Assembly (NCBI GenBank): GCA_005878985.1
Contig: VBMA01000075.1
Span: forward strand, 12,120 to 76,119
DNA length: 64,000 nt
Direction of reading: 5' to 3'
Source: Methanobacteriota archaeon
Lineage (GTDB): Archaea; Thermoplasmatota; Thermoplasmata; RBG-16-68-12
Shown: positions 29,033-38,439 of the stretch, one piece after another
Layout: each line of letters begins with the position of its first letter
Numbering within the stretch: position 1 is the first letter of the stretch
Position numbers and translations under genes: made by a program
Notes under the pieces: generated by a model
Databases searched by the model: none
Told to the model about the DNA's origin: nothing
What the model saw: only the letters and a program-made list of their open reading frames with translations

Positions 29033-29952
29033 CCGCGGCCGTGGCCCGCCGGTCCGATCTCCGGTTCCGGATCGGACTCAACCTGCGCTCGATTGTCGGC
29101 CGCGCCTACCCGAGGGTCATCGGTGCGAATCGTGAGCCCTCGTGGATCTTCTTTGAGGCGGTCCTCCCTTTGTTGTCGATCGCGGCGTACGTGTTCATCT
29201 ACCGCACCATCGCACTGAATCAGGTCGCGGCGAATCCGGTCGACGCGCCCCGCATCCTGGCCAACATGAATGCGCTGGTGGCCAGCGTCGTGCTCGGGGG
29301 GGCGATGGTCGCGTTCTGGTTGAACGTGCTGTGGTCGATGGCAAGCCAACTGTACTGGGAGAAGGAGATCGGAAACCTCCAATTGTACATGATGGCGCCG
29401 ATGAACCGGATGGCCTTGCTCGGCGGCATGGCCGTCGGCGGGATGTTCATGACCTCGGTGCGGGCGGTCTCCACGCTGGTCGCCGGCGTCGTGGTGTTCG
29501 GCGTGGTCTTCCAGGTTGCGAATCCATTGATGTTGCTGGCCGTCTTTTTCGTGACCCTTGTCGCGCTCTACGGACTGGGGATGTTCTTCGCGTCCCTGTA
29601 CCTGCTCTGGGGCCGCGAAGCGTGGAACCTGTCCGCCCTCATGGAGGAGCCGATCTTCTTCTCGAGCGGCTTCTACTTCCCTCTCGGTGGCCTCTACCAG
29701 TCCGGCGGATGGGGTTCCGCGGTCGCCGTCTTGGGCTCTATCATCCCGGCGGGTCTCGGCCTCGACGCACTCCGCCAGCTCACCCTCGGAGAGACGGCGT
29801 TCGGGGGAAAGTTCTGGGTCCTCAGCGCGCCCGTGGAACTCGAGATCCTTGTGGTCCTCGCGGTCGGATTCTTGATCCTCGCAAGGTATGCCCTCGCGTA
29901 CCTAGAGACGCTCGCGAAGCGCGAGGGGAAGCTGACCTCACGGCATCAATGA
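29029..29952 (+). CDS. ABC-2 type exporter permease
   Basis: Six TM segments; ATGA overlaps with its neighbours. Confidence 0.7.
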   Translation: MTAAVARRSDLRFRIGLNLRSIVGRAYPRVIGANREPSWIFFEAVLPLLSIAAYVFIYRTIALNQVAANPVDAPRILANMNALVASVVLGGAMVAFWLNVLWSMASQLYWEKEIGNLQLYMMAPMNRMALLGGMAVGGMFMTSVRAVSTLVAGVVVFGVVFQVANPLMLLAVFFVTLVALYGLGMFFASLYLLWGREAWNLSALMEEPIFFSSGFYFPLGGLYQSGGWGSAVAVLGSIIPAGLGLDALRQLTLGETAFGGKFWVLSAPVELEILVVLAVGFLILARYALAYLETLAKREGKLTSRHQ

Positions 29953-30806
29953 GCACATACTGGCGGACCTTCAAGACGGCCGCCTGGCTCGGCTGGCAAA
30001 TGGACTCGAACTGGACGGAGCCCTGGCTGTTCGTCATCTACTCGATCGTCAAGCCCGTGGCGGGAGCGTTCATCCTCATCTTCATGTACGTCGTGATCTG
30101 GTCGATCAACGGGATTCCGGACCCTCACTCCTTCGCCTTCCTCTACATCGGGAACGCCTTCTTCATCTTCGTCGGCTCGACCCTCCTCGGGACGTTCCAG
30201 GTCATCCAGTCCGACCGGGAGTGGTACCAGACGATCCGATACGTGTACATCTCCCCGATCTCCTACTACGTGTACATCCTCGGGCGTGCGTTCTCGAAGA
30301 TCGTCGTATCGGTCTTCGCCGTCCTGATCACGTTGGCCTTCGGCGTATTCCTCCTCGGTTCCTACGGGGTCCAGATGCAGCTCTCTCTCGACCGACTGCC
30401 TCTGTTCTTCGTCAGCCTCGCCCTCGGCCTGTTTGTCCTCTTGGCAATCGGCATCACCCTCGGTGCCGCGACGTTCCTGATGGCCCGACATTCGCAGACC
30501 CTCGCGGAGGCGGTCCCGGGGGTGTTCTACGTCTTCTGCGGCGTACTATTCCCGCTCACGATTCTCCCGTCGTGGGGGCAGGCGATCGGAGAAGCAATTC
30601 CACTCACGTATTGGTTCGAGATCACCCGGCGTATCCTCTTGCCGTTCCAACTCAATACGGGCCTCGCCGGGTTCGACGACCTCGAGATTCTCGCCTTCCT
30701 CCTGGTGTCCACCGTCATTTTCTTCGGTCTCAGCATCGGCGTATTCAAGTTGGGCGAGTACCTGGCCCGCAGGGCCGGCAAAATCGACATGACGACCTCC
30801 TATTGA
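29949..30806 (+). CDS. ABC-2 type exporter permease
   Basis: MSTYWRTFKTAAWLGW...; six TM segments. ATG 29949 is in frame in track ORF 29331..30806. Confidence 0.7.
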   Translation: MSTYWRTFKTAAWLGWQMDSNWTEPWLFVIYSIVKPVAGAFILIFMYVVIWSINGIPDPHSFAFLYIGNAFFIFVGSTLLGTFQVIQSDREWYQTIRYVYISPISYYVYILGRAFSKIVVSVFAVLITLAFGVFLLGSYGVQMQLSLDRLPLFFVSLALGLFVLLAIGITLGAATFLMARHSQTLAEAVPGVFYVFCGVLFPLTILPSWGQAIGEAIPLTYWFEITRRILLPFQLNTGLAGFDDLEILAFLLVSTVIFFGLSIGVFKLGEYLARRAGKIDMTTSY

Positions 30807-31150
30807 GGTCGGGGTCGCGACGCTCTACGCGCCGACTGCTCCCGACGGTACGGATATCGTTGGACGGTGCCGCACGTAGTGCACGTCACGACGACCCGGC
30901 CCCGTCCCACGCGGACCCGAGCGCTCACGGATGGCAGAAGAAACGCGAGGCACTTCTTGCAGAACGACCGCTTGAACGGCGCGGGCACGCGGACGTTATA
31001 ACGCATCCCGATCCGACGCGCGAGCTCCACGTACCGTCGCGCCCGGCCAGCATGGCGCTGGAGCGCTTCGCCTTCGGCCAAGCGGAAGAGCGTCGTCATC
31101 CGCTCCAGGGCGATCCGCCGCTCCATGCCGCGGTGGCGTCGCTTCGCCAT
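30800..31150 (-). CDS. rnp4: ribonuclease P protein component 4 (Rpp21/Rpr2 family)
   Basis: RERIALERMTTLFRLAE...FCKKCLAFLLPSVSARVRV..VVVTCTTCGTVQRYPY is the Rpp21 zinc ribbon. Confidence 0.7.
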   Translation of the reverse strand: MAKRRHRGMERRIALERMTTLFRLAEGEALQRHAGRARRYVELARRIGMRYNVRVPAPFKRSFCKKCLAFLLPSVSARVRVGRGRVVVTCTTCGTVQRYPYRREQSARRASRPRPQ

Positions 31151-31236
31151 CGGGTTGCGCAGCCGGTCCAAAGGATAAAACCTTCCCGGGCGACGAAGCT
31201 TTAACTAGAGTCGCTCGGTTATGCGCGGGGATTCTC

Positions 31237-32328
31237 GTGCACGACCGCGTGCGCCGCATTTTCCGCAACGTGAACGACGGCCTGGACCTGATCGTCTTCC
31301 TGAACTCGACGGAGCCGCACATCGACCGCTCGTTCTTCTATGCGACCGGCTTGACGGATGGACTGTTCGAGGGCTGCGGCGCCTGGCTCATGCCGGACGG
31401 CGGCTGCGAGATCACGACGTCGGCGCTGGAGGAGGAAGCCGCGAAGAAGAGCGCCCTCCCGCTCCACGTGTTCCAGACCCGCGACGAGTCGACCCGCCGC
31501 ATGAAGGCCGCGCTCAAGGACCATCGGAAAGTCGGGATCAACGCCTCCGAGCTGACCCAGGCCGCGTTCGAACGACTCAAGAAACAGGCGTCCAAGTCGA
31601 CGCGGTTCGTGGACGTCTCCGAGGCGGTCATGAAGACCCGGCTCGTGAAGGACCCACAAGAAATCGAGCGGATCCAGAAGGCCTGCGACATCGCGACGAA
31701 AGCCTTCGAGGAAACGTTGCCGTTCGTCCGATCCGGCGTCACGGAGGCCGAAGTGGCCTCCGAGCTCGTGTACCGGATGCAAAAGAACGGCGCCACGGGT
31801 CCCTCCTTCCATACGATTGTCGGCTCCGGGCCGAACGGGGCGGAGCCGCATTACACGGCGGGCGAGCGGAAGATCGAGCGCGGGGACATGATCGTGATCG
31901 ACTTCGGCGCGATGTACCACATGTACTGCTCCGACGTCACACGGACCGTGGTCGTGGGCTCGGCGTCCGAGGAGCAGCGCCGGATGCACGGCATCGTTGC
32001 CCGGGCCCAGGCGGCGGCGCTCGCGCGGATGAGACCCGGTTCGAAGGCGAAGTCGGTCGATGCAGCCGCGAGGGATCTGATCGACCGGACCAAATACAAG
32101 GGGCGGTTCATCCATGGACTCGGGCATTCAATCGGCCTTGCGGTCCACGACGGGGGTGCGCTGAACGCGTCGAGCGACCTCGTGCTCCGTCCGAACATGG
32201 TCTTCACGGACGAGCCGGGAGTGTACGTCCCCGGATTCGGAGGCGTACGGATCGAGGACGACGTCCTCATCACGAAGGGTGGTCCGCGATACATGAGCAC
32301 CGCGCCGCGGGATCTGTTGGAGCTCTGA
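31237..32328 (+). CDS. M24-family Xaa-Pro aminopeptidase/dipeptidase
   Basis: HGLGHSIGLAVHDG and the pita-bread fold motifs. Confidence 0.7.
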   Translation: MHDRVRRIFRNVNDGLDLIVFLNSTEPHIDRSFFYATGLTDGLFEGCGAWLMPDGGCEITTSALEEEAAKKSALPLHVFQTRDESTRRMKAALKDHRKVGINASELTQAAFERLKKQASKSTRFVDVSEAVMKTRLVKDPQEIERIQKACDIATKAFEETLPFVRSGVTEAEVASELVYRMQKNGATGPSFHTIVGSGPNGAEPHYTAGERKIERGDMIVIDFGAMYHMYCSDVTRTVVVGSASEEQRRMHGIVARAQAAALARMRPGSKAKSVDAAARDLIDRTKYKGRFIHGLGHSIGLAVHDGGALNASSDLVLRPNMVFTDEPGVYVPGFGGVRIEDDVLITKGGPRYMSTAPRDLLEL

Positions 32329-32332
32329 TGAG

Positions 32333-32881
32333 TTAGGCGGCCGGTCCTTCCCGAAGTTCGCGCGCCAGGATGCTCATCCGCATGACGTTCACGAAACGTC
32401 CGTCCTTGTAGATGTCCTCGCGGTGCACGCCCTCCCGCTGGAACCCGAGGCGCTCGTAGGTCCGGAGGGCCCTCGTATTGTACTCGAGCACGTCGAGCGA
32501 GATCTTGTTGAGGCCCAGCACGTCGAAGCCGTACCGCAGGACGACGCGCATCGCCTCGGTGCCGTACCCGTGCGACCAGAACGACGGCTCGCCGATCACG
32601 ATCCCGACTTCCGCTTTGCGGTGGACGCGGTCGATCTTGTGCAGCCCGAGGTTCCCGACATGCTGCCCTTCGACCTCGATCGCGAAGATCTGTTCGTCCG
32701 TCCGCCGTTCGTAATCGCGGAACCACCGCTCTTCCTCCGCGAGCGTCACCGGGGCGTCCCGCCCGAGGAAGCGAATGATCTGCGGATCCGAGAACCATTT
32801 CACGCAGCGCCGAAGATCCGTCGAGGCGAGTGGCCGGAGGAGGACCCGTTCTCCGCGCAAAACCCGGCGGGCTTCCAGCAC
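32333..32881 (-). CDS. GNAT N-acetyltransferase (RimJ/RimL-like)
   Basis: GNAT fold with HGYGTEAMRVVLRYGF. Confidence 0.6.
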   Translation of the reverse strand: MLEARRVLRGERVLLRPLASTDLRRCVKWFSDPQIIRFLGRDAPVTLAEEERWFRDYERRTDEQIFAIEVEGQHVGNLGLHKIDRVHRKAEVGIVIGEPSFWSHGYGTEAMRVVLRYGFDVLGLNKISLDVLEYNTRALRTYERLGFQREGVHREDIYKDGRFVNVMRMSILARELREGPAA

Positions 32882-32921
32882 GCCCTCGGCACGCGGGCGA
32901 GGCGCTAAAGACCTTTGCCCG

Positions 32922-34898
32922 TCACGGATCCGATAGGGAGAGCGTAGCTTGCGTGGCCCCGCCGTCGTCGTCGCGGACGGTCAGCGTGACGGTGGACGAA
33001 CCAACCAGCGAATGTCCGTGCACGACGATCGCGTTGACATCGAACGGCGCGGTCCCTCCTTGGCTCTGAGGCGGATCCGGACTCACGCCGTTGTTCCAGA
33101 ACGTCTGCTCGACCGTCGTCCCGTCCCCGAAGTCCCACGTCGCGATGAAATCATCGCTGCCCGCGTCGTGAAGCGTTGCGCGGAACGTGATGCCGGCCTT
33201 GGCAACGAGCTGGACGAGGTCCGCCACGGTCCACGTCCACGTCGACGGATGCCGGACGTTGAAGTTGTGGAACATCCGCTGCTCCCGGCCATCCGGGAAC
33301 ACGACGACGATCCAGGCCGGGTTATCTCCACCGAGAGGACCGTTCACACGGTCGTTCAACGGGGTGTACGCGAGCATCGCACTGACGTGTTCCCGAAGGG
33401 AGAAGTTCAGGACGTCCGTGGTCGCGGCTTGTTTCGCCGGGCTTCCCGGTCTCCGAACGAGATCCAGGGCCGCCAGGACCCCGGTGTCCGAGTCGACGGT
33501 GAAGGAGACATCGTGCCACTTCTCGCCCGCGATTTCGATTCGGAACGACACCTGAGCGACCGAGTCGAGCTGCTCGATCTCGGGCGGGCGGTTGGCGATT
33601 ATCACGGTCGCAGCAGCCGAGGCAACGTGCGTTCCGTCGGAGACTTCGACGACCGCGGTCCTAGAGAAGTCGTCCGTGTAACGCGCCTCCGCCGTCGGAG
33701 ACGAAGACCATGGCGTATCGAACGTCCCGTCGCCCGTGAAGTCCCACCGGAACTGGAGTGGATCGCGGTCCGGGTCCGTCGAACCGGCCGCGGTGAGGAG
33801 GATCGTGTCCCCCTCCCGCCCGGCGTACGGGCCGCCCGCGTCCGCCTGGGGGGTGCCGACCGGGACGACGTCCACCAGGGAAGGTGCGGAGGCGGCATCC
33901 GCGATCCCGTTCCGGTCGATGTCGGATTGGGCTCGCGGCAGCTCCACCCGTCCCGCGGCGAGGGCCGGCGCAACGAGCGTGTACGAACGAATGAGGGGCT
34001 CGTACGCCGACGGATATTGCGGGTCCTCCGAGTTGCTCTCCAACGCCGCAGGCAGGTCGACGTACCACCGCAACGTTCGCGAGCCATCGTCGTGGCTCAC
34101 GATCTCGTCGGGCGGGACGGAAAAACTCCCCTCCTCCACACTCCAACCCGCAGGCACGGTGTCCTCCAGCGCTCCGTGGCTCACGTTCACGTCGTTCGTG
34201 ATCGTGTCCTCGAACGTGTACACCGCGATGTTCGTCGCATCGATCGTCAAATGAATCTGCTGGCCTGACGTCCCATCGACCAGGGTCCACAACGGCTCCT
34301 TGCCGACGACGACCGTCGGGTTCGTGCGCAAATACGTCCAGAAGTCGTCCTGGGTGTTCGAACCGGACCCTTCGTGGTGTTCGTTCGCGAGGATGGGACG
34401 CAAGGCGAAGGGCAACGTCTCTCCGCCGATCCGGTACGGGATCGCGGCCTGGGTGAATTGGAACTCCTCGGAACACCACCAGACGGGATGGGCGAGGAAG
34501 CCTTGCACGACCAGGTCTCCGTACGAATAGGTGAGCGAACCGTGCGCCGGCACCGTCTCCACGGTCAGGACCGCGTCTTGCGTGGTGCGAAGGGGATCCG
34601 GCGCCGGAGTCTGGAGCGGATGCGGGCTCATCAGCACGGCCTCCTCGGAGATAGCGACCGGCGTGTCGGCCGCGTTGTCGAGCCGGATGCCGACCGGCGA
34701 GGTGACCGTCTCTCCATTGCGGACGTAGGTGTCGTTGACGACCGTGGCCGTCACAAGGCCGCGTCCTGCCGCCTCCCAGAAGCTCATCGCGTCCGATTCG
34801 ACGCGAGACGAAGGTCGTCCGAGTTGCAACGATCCGACGGCGACGAGAGCCCCGACCAGGAGAATTACGACTATACCTCTCGGCGAAAAAACTCTCAT
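32922..34898 (-). CDS. large secreted protein with two C-terminal PKD domains
   Basis: Start at the internal Met MRVFSPRGIVVILLVGALVAVG (signal-peptide-like). Two PKD signatures (WDFTGDGTFD; WDFGDGTT). The upstream part of the track ORF is antisense to the HDAC gene. Confidence 0.6.
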   Translation of the reverse strand: MRVFSPRGIVVILLVGALVAVGSLQLGRPSSRVESDAMSFWEAAGRGLVTATVVNDTYVRNGETVTSPVGIRLDNAADTPVAISEEAVLMSPHPLQTPAPDPLRTTQDAVLTVETVPAHGSLTYSYGDLVVQGFLAHPVWWCSEEFQFTQAAIPYRIGGETLPFALRPILANEHHEGSGSNTQDDFWTYLRTNPTVVVGKEPLWTLVDGTSGQQIHLTIDATNIAVYTFEDTITNDVNVSHGALEDTVPAGWSVEEGSFSVPPDEIVSHDDGSRTLRWYVDLPAALESNSEDPQYPSAYEPLIRSYTLVAPALAAGRVELPRAQSDIDRNGIADAASAPSLVDVVPVGTPQADAGGPYAGREGDTILLTAAGSTDPDRDPLQFRWDFTGDGTFDTPWSSSPTAEARYTDDFSRTAVVEVSDGTHVASAAATVIIANRPPEIEQLDSVAQVSFRIEIAGEKWHDVSFTVDSDTGVLAALDLVRRPGSPAKQAATTDVLNFSLREHVSAMLAYTPLNDRVNGPLGGDNPAWIVVVFPDGREQRMFHNFNVRHPSTWTWTVADLVQLVAKAGITFRATLHDAGSDDFIATWDFGDGTTVEQTFWNNGVSPDPPQSQGGTAPFDVNAIVVHGHSLVGSSTVTLTVRDDDGGATQATLSLSDP

Positions 34899-34970
34899 CC
34901 CGCCCCGGTCCGCTCTCTGAATCGAACATATGAAATCGAGTTCGCTTAAGCGTGCCGACATAATTCTCAC
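34899..34970. promoter_or_regulatory. AT-rich divergent promoter region between the PKD-domain secreted protein and the HDAC gene
   Basis: A locally AT-rich 70-nt spacer containing ACATATGAAAT and CATAATTCTC TATA-like elements. Confidence 0.3.
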
Positions 34971-36077
34971 ATGTTTCGCGGCGTGATTTTCAATCGTGAT
35001 AAGCTCGTTCGACGCGGTCTCGACGGCCCTCGGCGATGGCTTGAAGTCGGCCCCGGCGCTCCCTCGGCCGTGCTCGTCTACGATCCGCGGTTCCTCGATC
35101 ACGTCGCCTCGCCCTTCCATGTGGAGCGGCCGGACCGGCTGCGATCGATCGTCTCGCACCTGGAAACGGCCGGCCTCTTCACGGACGTCGAGCAGGCGCC
35201 CCCCGCGACACGTCCCGAGGTGAAGCGGGTCCATCGGGATTCGTACCTCGAATCTTTCGAGAATCTGGGCGAAGGGCTCCTCGACCCTGAGACGGCCGTG
35301 CATCCGGGGACCTTCGACCTCGCGCTTCTCGCGGCGGGGGCGGTCCTCCACGGGACGCGCTCCGCGGCGCGGACCGGCCGTCCGACCGTCTCTCTCGTGC
35401 GACCGCCGGGGCATCACGCAGGCCCCGACTACGGAGGGGGCTTCTGCTATCTCAACAACGTCGCGATCGCTGCGGCGGATCAGGTCGCGGAGGGACGTCG
35501 GGTCGCGATCCTGGACTACGACGCGCACCACGGGAATGGGACCCGAGATATCTTCGCCGACTCCGCGTCCGTCCTATACGTGTCGACCCACGAGTACGGG
35601 ATCTTCCCGGGGACGGGTCCGGCCGAAGACATCGGCACGGGCGAGGGCCGCGGATTCACCGTCAACATCCCTTTTTCCGCGGGGTGCGGGGACACCTCGT
35701 ACCGCGCGGCCTACGACCGGGCCGTCGAGCCGATTGTCGAGCAGTTCCGACCGGACGTGGTACTCGTCAGCCTCGGGATCGACGCGCATTACCGCGACCC
35801 GATCACGTCGCTCGTCCTCTCCTCGCCGGGGTATGTCGACCTTGTGACCCGAAGCACGGCCTTGGCCGCTCGGTTGTGCGGCAACCGGCTGGCCCTGGCC
35901 TTGGAAGGCGGATATCATCTCGACGCGCTGGGCGAGGTCATCACCGCCGTGGTGGGGCGCCTTCGCGGTCGAACGACGCGGCTCGTCCTTTCCGAGAACC
36001 TGGACGACAACGTCCGCGGTCGACCCGCGATCGAGGCGACGATCCGGGCCCACCGACCGTTCTGGAACCTACGTTGA
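34971..36077 (+). CDS. histone deacetylase-family protein (AcuC/HDAC-like)
   Basis: GFCYLNNVAIAA and DYDAHHGNGT class I/II HDAC motifs. Confidence 0.75.
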   Translation: MFRGVIFNRDKLVRRGLDGPRRWLEVGPGAPSAVLVYDPRFLDHVASPFHVERPDRLRSIVSHLETAGLFTDVEQAPPATRPEVKRVHRDSYLESFENLGEGLLDPETAVHPGTFDLALLAAGAVLHGTRSAARTGRPTVSLVRPPGHHAGPDYGGGFCYLNNVAIAAADQVAEGRRVAILDYDAHHGNGTRDIFADSASVLYVSTHEYGIFPGTGPAEDIGTGEGRGFTVNIPFSAGCGDTSYRAAYDRAVEPIVEQFRPDVVLVSLGIDAHYRDPITSLVLSSPGYVDLVTRSTALAARLCGNRLALALEGGYHLDALGEVITAVVGRLRGRTTRLVLSENLDDNVRGRPAIEATIRAHRPFWNLR

Positions 36078-37220
36078 CGCGTGGTGCCGCTTCCGCTCCG
36101 TGACCTTGCGTTCCTTCTCCTTGACGATCCGCTTGTAGAGCGTGTCCAGGAGCTTGGTCAAGGCGACCCGGAGGTCCCAATCGAATTCGTGCGCATAGTA
36201 GATCCGGTGGCTCGTCGTGAAACGCGCGCGGAGCGAGTACTTCCAGCGGTCGCCTTCCGGCTTGTATTTCTGGAAGTGGATCGCGAGGGTCCGCGGTTGG
36301 ACGAGCGGCGCGATCCGACGCATCTCTTTCTGGATGACCTCGTAGATCTCATCGTACGTGTCCTTCGGCTCGTCCTCGAGACCGCCGACCTCGACGAAGA
36401 GTTGCTCGCGCTCCCGGAGGCCCGCCAGGAACGCCATCAAGTCCTGGCTCGTGATGATCCCCACGGGCTCGTCGTTCTCCGTGACGATGACCGACGAGAC
36501 GTGGTTCTTCGCCATCAGCTCCGCCGCACGCTGGACATCGGCCTCGGGGCCGACCGTGAGCGGCGGGTAGCGCATGACGCTCTTCACCTCCAGGGCGATC
36601 TTCTCCTCGCGGCCCGCACGGTCCCCGTACTGCTCGCGGACCTTCGGCTGGGCGAACAAGTCGACGATGTCCTTCAGGCCGACGACGCCTCTCAGGTGTC
36701 GGTTCTTGTCCACGACCGGGACGGATCGTTCGCCGAGGGACCGCATGATCTGGACCGCATGATCGACCGTGTCGTCCTCGGCGACAGCCTGAGGGTTCGG
36801 GGTCATGAATTCCGAGACGCGGACGCCCTCCAAGGCCCGATTCTCGACAAGCGCGCGGACGATGTCCGAGCGGGAGATGATTCCGAGGAGGCCCTTCCCC
36901 TTCATGACCGGGATCGCACGGAACCCGGCGGAGATCATCTTCTCCGCCGCCTCGGGAAGCGGCGTCTCCGGCGTAATTTCCGGCGGGTTTTCAAGTATCG
37001 TCGAGACCTTCGTGTTGGGCGGGAGGTTGCGTCGGCGCATGAGCTCGCGCATCGTCACGACGCCAACGAGTCTCTTGCGATCGAGGACCGGAAGCTCGTG
37101 GATGTCGTTCGACTTCATCTTGCCGAGGACATCGCCGAGGGTCTCGTCCGAGCTCGCGGTGACGAGCTCCGTGGACATGAAGTCGGACACCCGGAGGTCC
37201 TGGACCTTGTTCCGCTTCAT
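36069..37220 (-). CDS. CBS-domain protein (4 CBS) fused to a C-terminal RaiA/HPF-like (ribosomal S30AE fold) domain
   Basis: Four CBS repeats (e.g. VGIITSQDLM). The C-terminal ~100 aa (LFVEVGG..DTYDEIYEVIQKEMRRIAPLVQ..RTLAIHFQKYK..KYSLRARFTTSHRIYYAHEFDWDLRVALTKLLDTLYKRIVKEKER) align by eye to E. coli HPF/YfiA. Confidence 0.6.
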   Translation of the reverse strand: MKRNKVQDLRVSDFMSTELVTASSDETLGDVLGKMKSNDIHELPVLDRKRLVGVVTMRELMRRRNLPPNTKVSTILENPPEITPETPLPEAAEKMISAGFRAIPVMKGKGLLGIISRSDIVRALVENRALEGVRVSEFMTPNPQAVAEDDTVDHAVQIMRSLGERSVPVVDKNRHLRGVVGLKDIVDLFAQPKVREQYGDRAGREEKIALEVKSVMRYPPLTVGPEADVQRAAELMAKNHVSSVIVTENDEPVGIITSQDLMAFLAGLREREQLFVEVGGLEDEPKDTYDEIYEVIQKEMRRIAPLVQPRTLAIHFQKYKPEGDRWKYSLRARFTTSHRIYYAHEFDWDLRVALTKLLDTLYKRIVKEKERKVTERKRHHAST

Positions 37221-37301
37221 GAAGAACCCGCCCCGGGGAGAGAGCGATAGCGGGCGCGCGTATAAGAAAAGTACGGCCCGGTGGAGATGCGCCCGAGCCG
37301 G

Positions 37302-37916
37302 CTAGGTCGTCTTGCGAGCCTCGATGATGAAACGGCTTTCGGTGAGAATGAGGCCCCGTCGGGCGGCGAGCCGGTCCTCGGCATGGAGAAGGGCCGCGAG
37401 GTCCTTCCCCAACGGATCGGAGTCGGGGATTGTCCATGGCGAGATGCAAAGCAGATACACGAGCTCGCCGAGTCCGCGGTACGCCGACCGAATGTCGTGC
37501 GTCTTCGCGACGCGGACGGTCATCCCCCTCTGCCGCAAGCCGGAGACGTACCGATCGAGCAGAAGGCCGAAGTCTTGCATCCGGGGGAAGAAGGGTCGCA
37601 ATTCCTCCCACTCGTTCTGTCCGATCTGCTGCGTGAGGAGGGATCCGCCGCGTCGGAGGACTCGGTGGACTTCGTCGGGGTCTAGTTCTTCATGTCGATC
37701 GAGGACGAGGTCGAAAGCTCCGCTTTGGAACGGGAGACGGAGGCTGTGGGCGCGGACCACTTCGACCTCCAGCCGGGATAGTCGCCGCTTCGCGATCGGT
37801 GCGTTCACGGCCCACGGCTCCGACGCGATGGCCCGTCCATGATATCCCGCACAGAGTTCCGCGAAGAGCTCCCCAGCACCTGTCCCCAGGTCGAGCACAG
37901 ACCGGGCCTGGGCCAA
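37302..37916 (-). CDS. class I SAM-dependent methyltransferase
   Basis: Motif I VLDLGTGAGE. Confidence 0.6.
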   Translation of the reverse strand: MAQARSVLDLGTGAGELFAELCAGYHGRAIASEPWAVNAPIAKRRLSRLEVEVVRAHSLRLPFQSGAFDLVLDRHEELDPDEVHRVLRRGGSLLTQQIGQNEWEELRPFFPRMQDFGLLLDRYVSGLRQRGMTVRVAKTHDIRSAYRGLGELVYLLCISPWTIPDSDPLGKDLAALLHAEDRLAARRGLILTESRFIIEARKTT

Positions 37917-38029
37917 GAGTTCCCGCGCGCGTCGCTCGTAATTCCACCGCAGTCCGGGCCCGATTCGTTTCGGCGCAATTCGGTCGAGATCCCATCCGGT
38001 GAATGTGAGTGCGCGTTCGACTTATGGTT

Positions 38030-38048
38030 GCAGACGTCTGACGTCTGC
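38030..38048. repeat. perfect 19-nt palindrome GCAGACGTC-T-GACGTCTGC in the methyltransferase/acylphosphatase divergent region
   Basis: 9-bp arms; contains a tandem GACGTCT motif. Confidence 0.35.
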
Positions 38049-38138
38049 CGAGTCGCCTGCTGCGGCCCTCCGCGGCATCCAGAGTGTGAATCGGCGATTG
38101 CCACGATAAAGTTCTTTGACTTCGTCTCGATTCGCTTC

Positions 38139-38417
38139 GTGGTGAAGGCCCGCGCGGTCGTCGTCTTCCTCGGGCGCGTGCAAGGGGTCAACTTCCGAGC
38201 GTATTGTGCCGAGAAGGCGGAAGCGATGGGACTCGACGGCTACGTCCAGAATCGATGGGACGGGAGCGTCGAAGCGGTGTTCGAAGGCGAACGATCCACA
38301 ATCGAGACCTGCATCGAGTGGAACAAGACGTCGCAACCCTACGCCCGAGTTGAATCGGTCGAGGTCTCCTGGTCCGAGCCGAACGGAGAATTCCAGGGTT
38401 TTCGCGCCCTTCGCTAG
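38139..38417 (+). CDS. acyP: acylphosphatase
   Basis: VVFLGRVQGVNFRAYCAEKA...GYVQNRWDGSVEAVFEG is the acylphosphatase signature. GTG start; the upstream part of the track ORF is not coding. Confidence 0.7.
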   Translation: MVKARAVVVFLGRVQGVNFRAYCAEKAEAMGLDGYVQNRWDGSVEAVFEGERSTIETCIEWNKTSQPYARVESVEVSWSEPNGEFQGFRALR

Positions 38418-38439
38418 CTGGGTGGAGCGGCCGTGCGAG

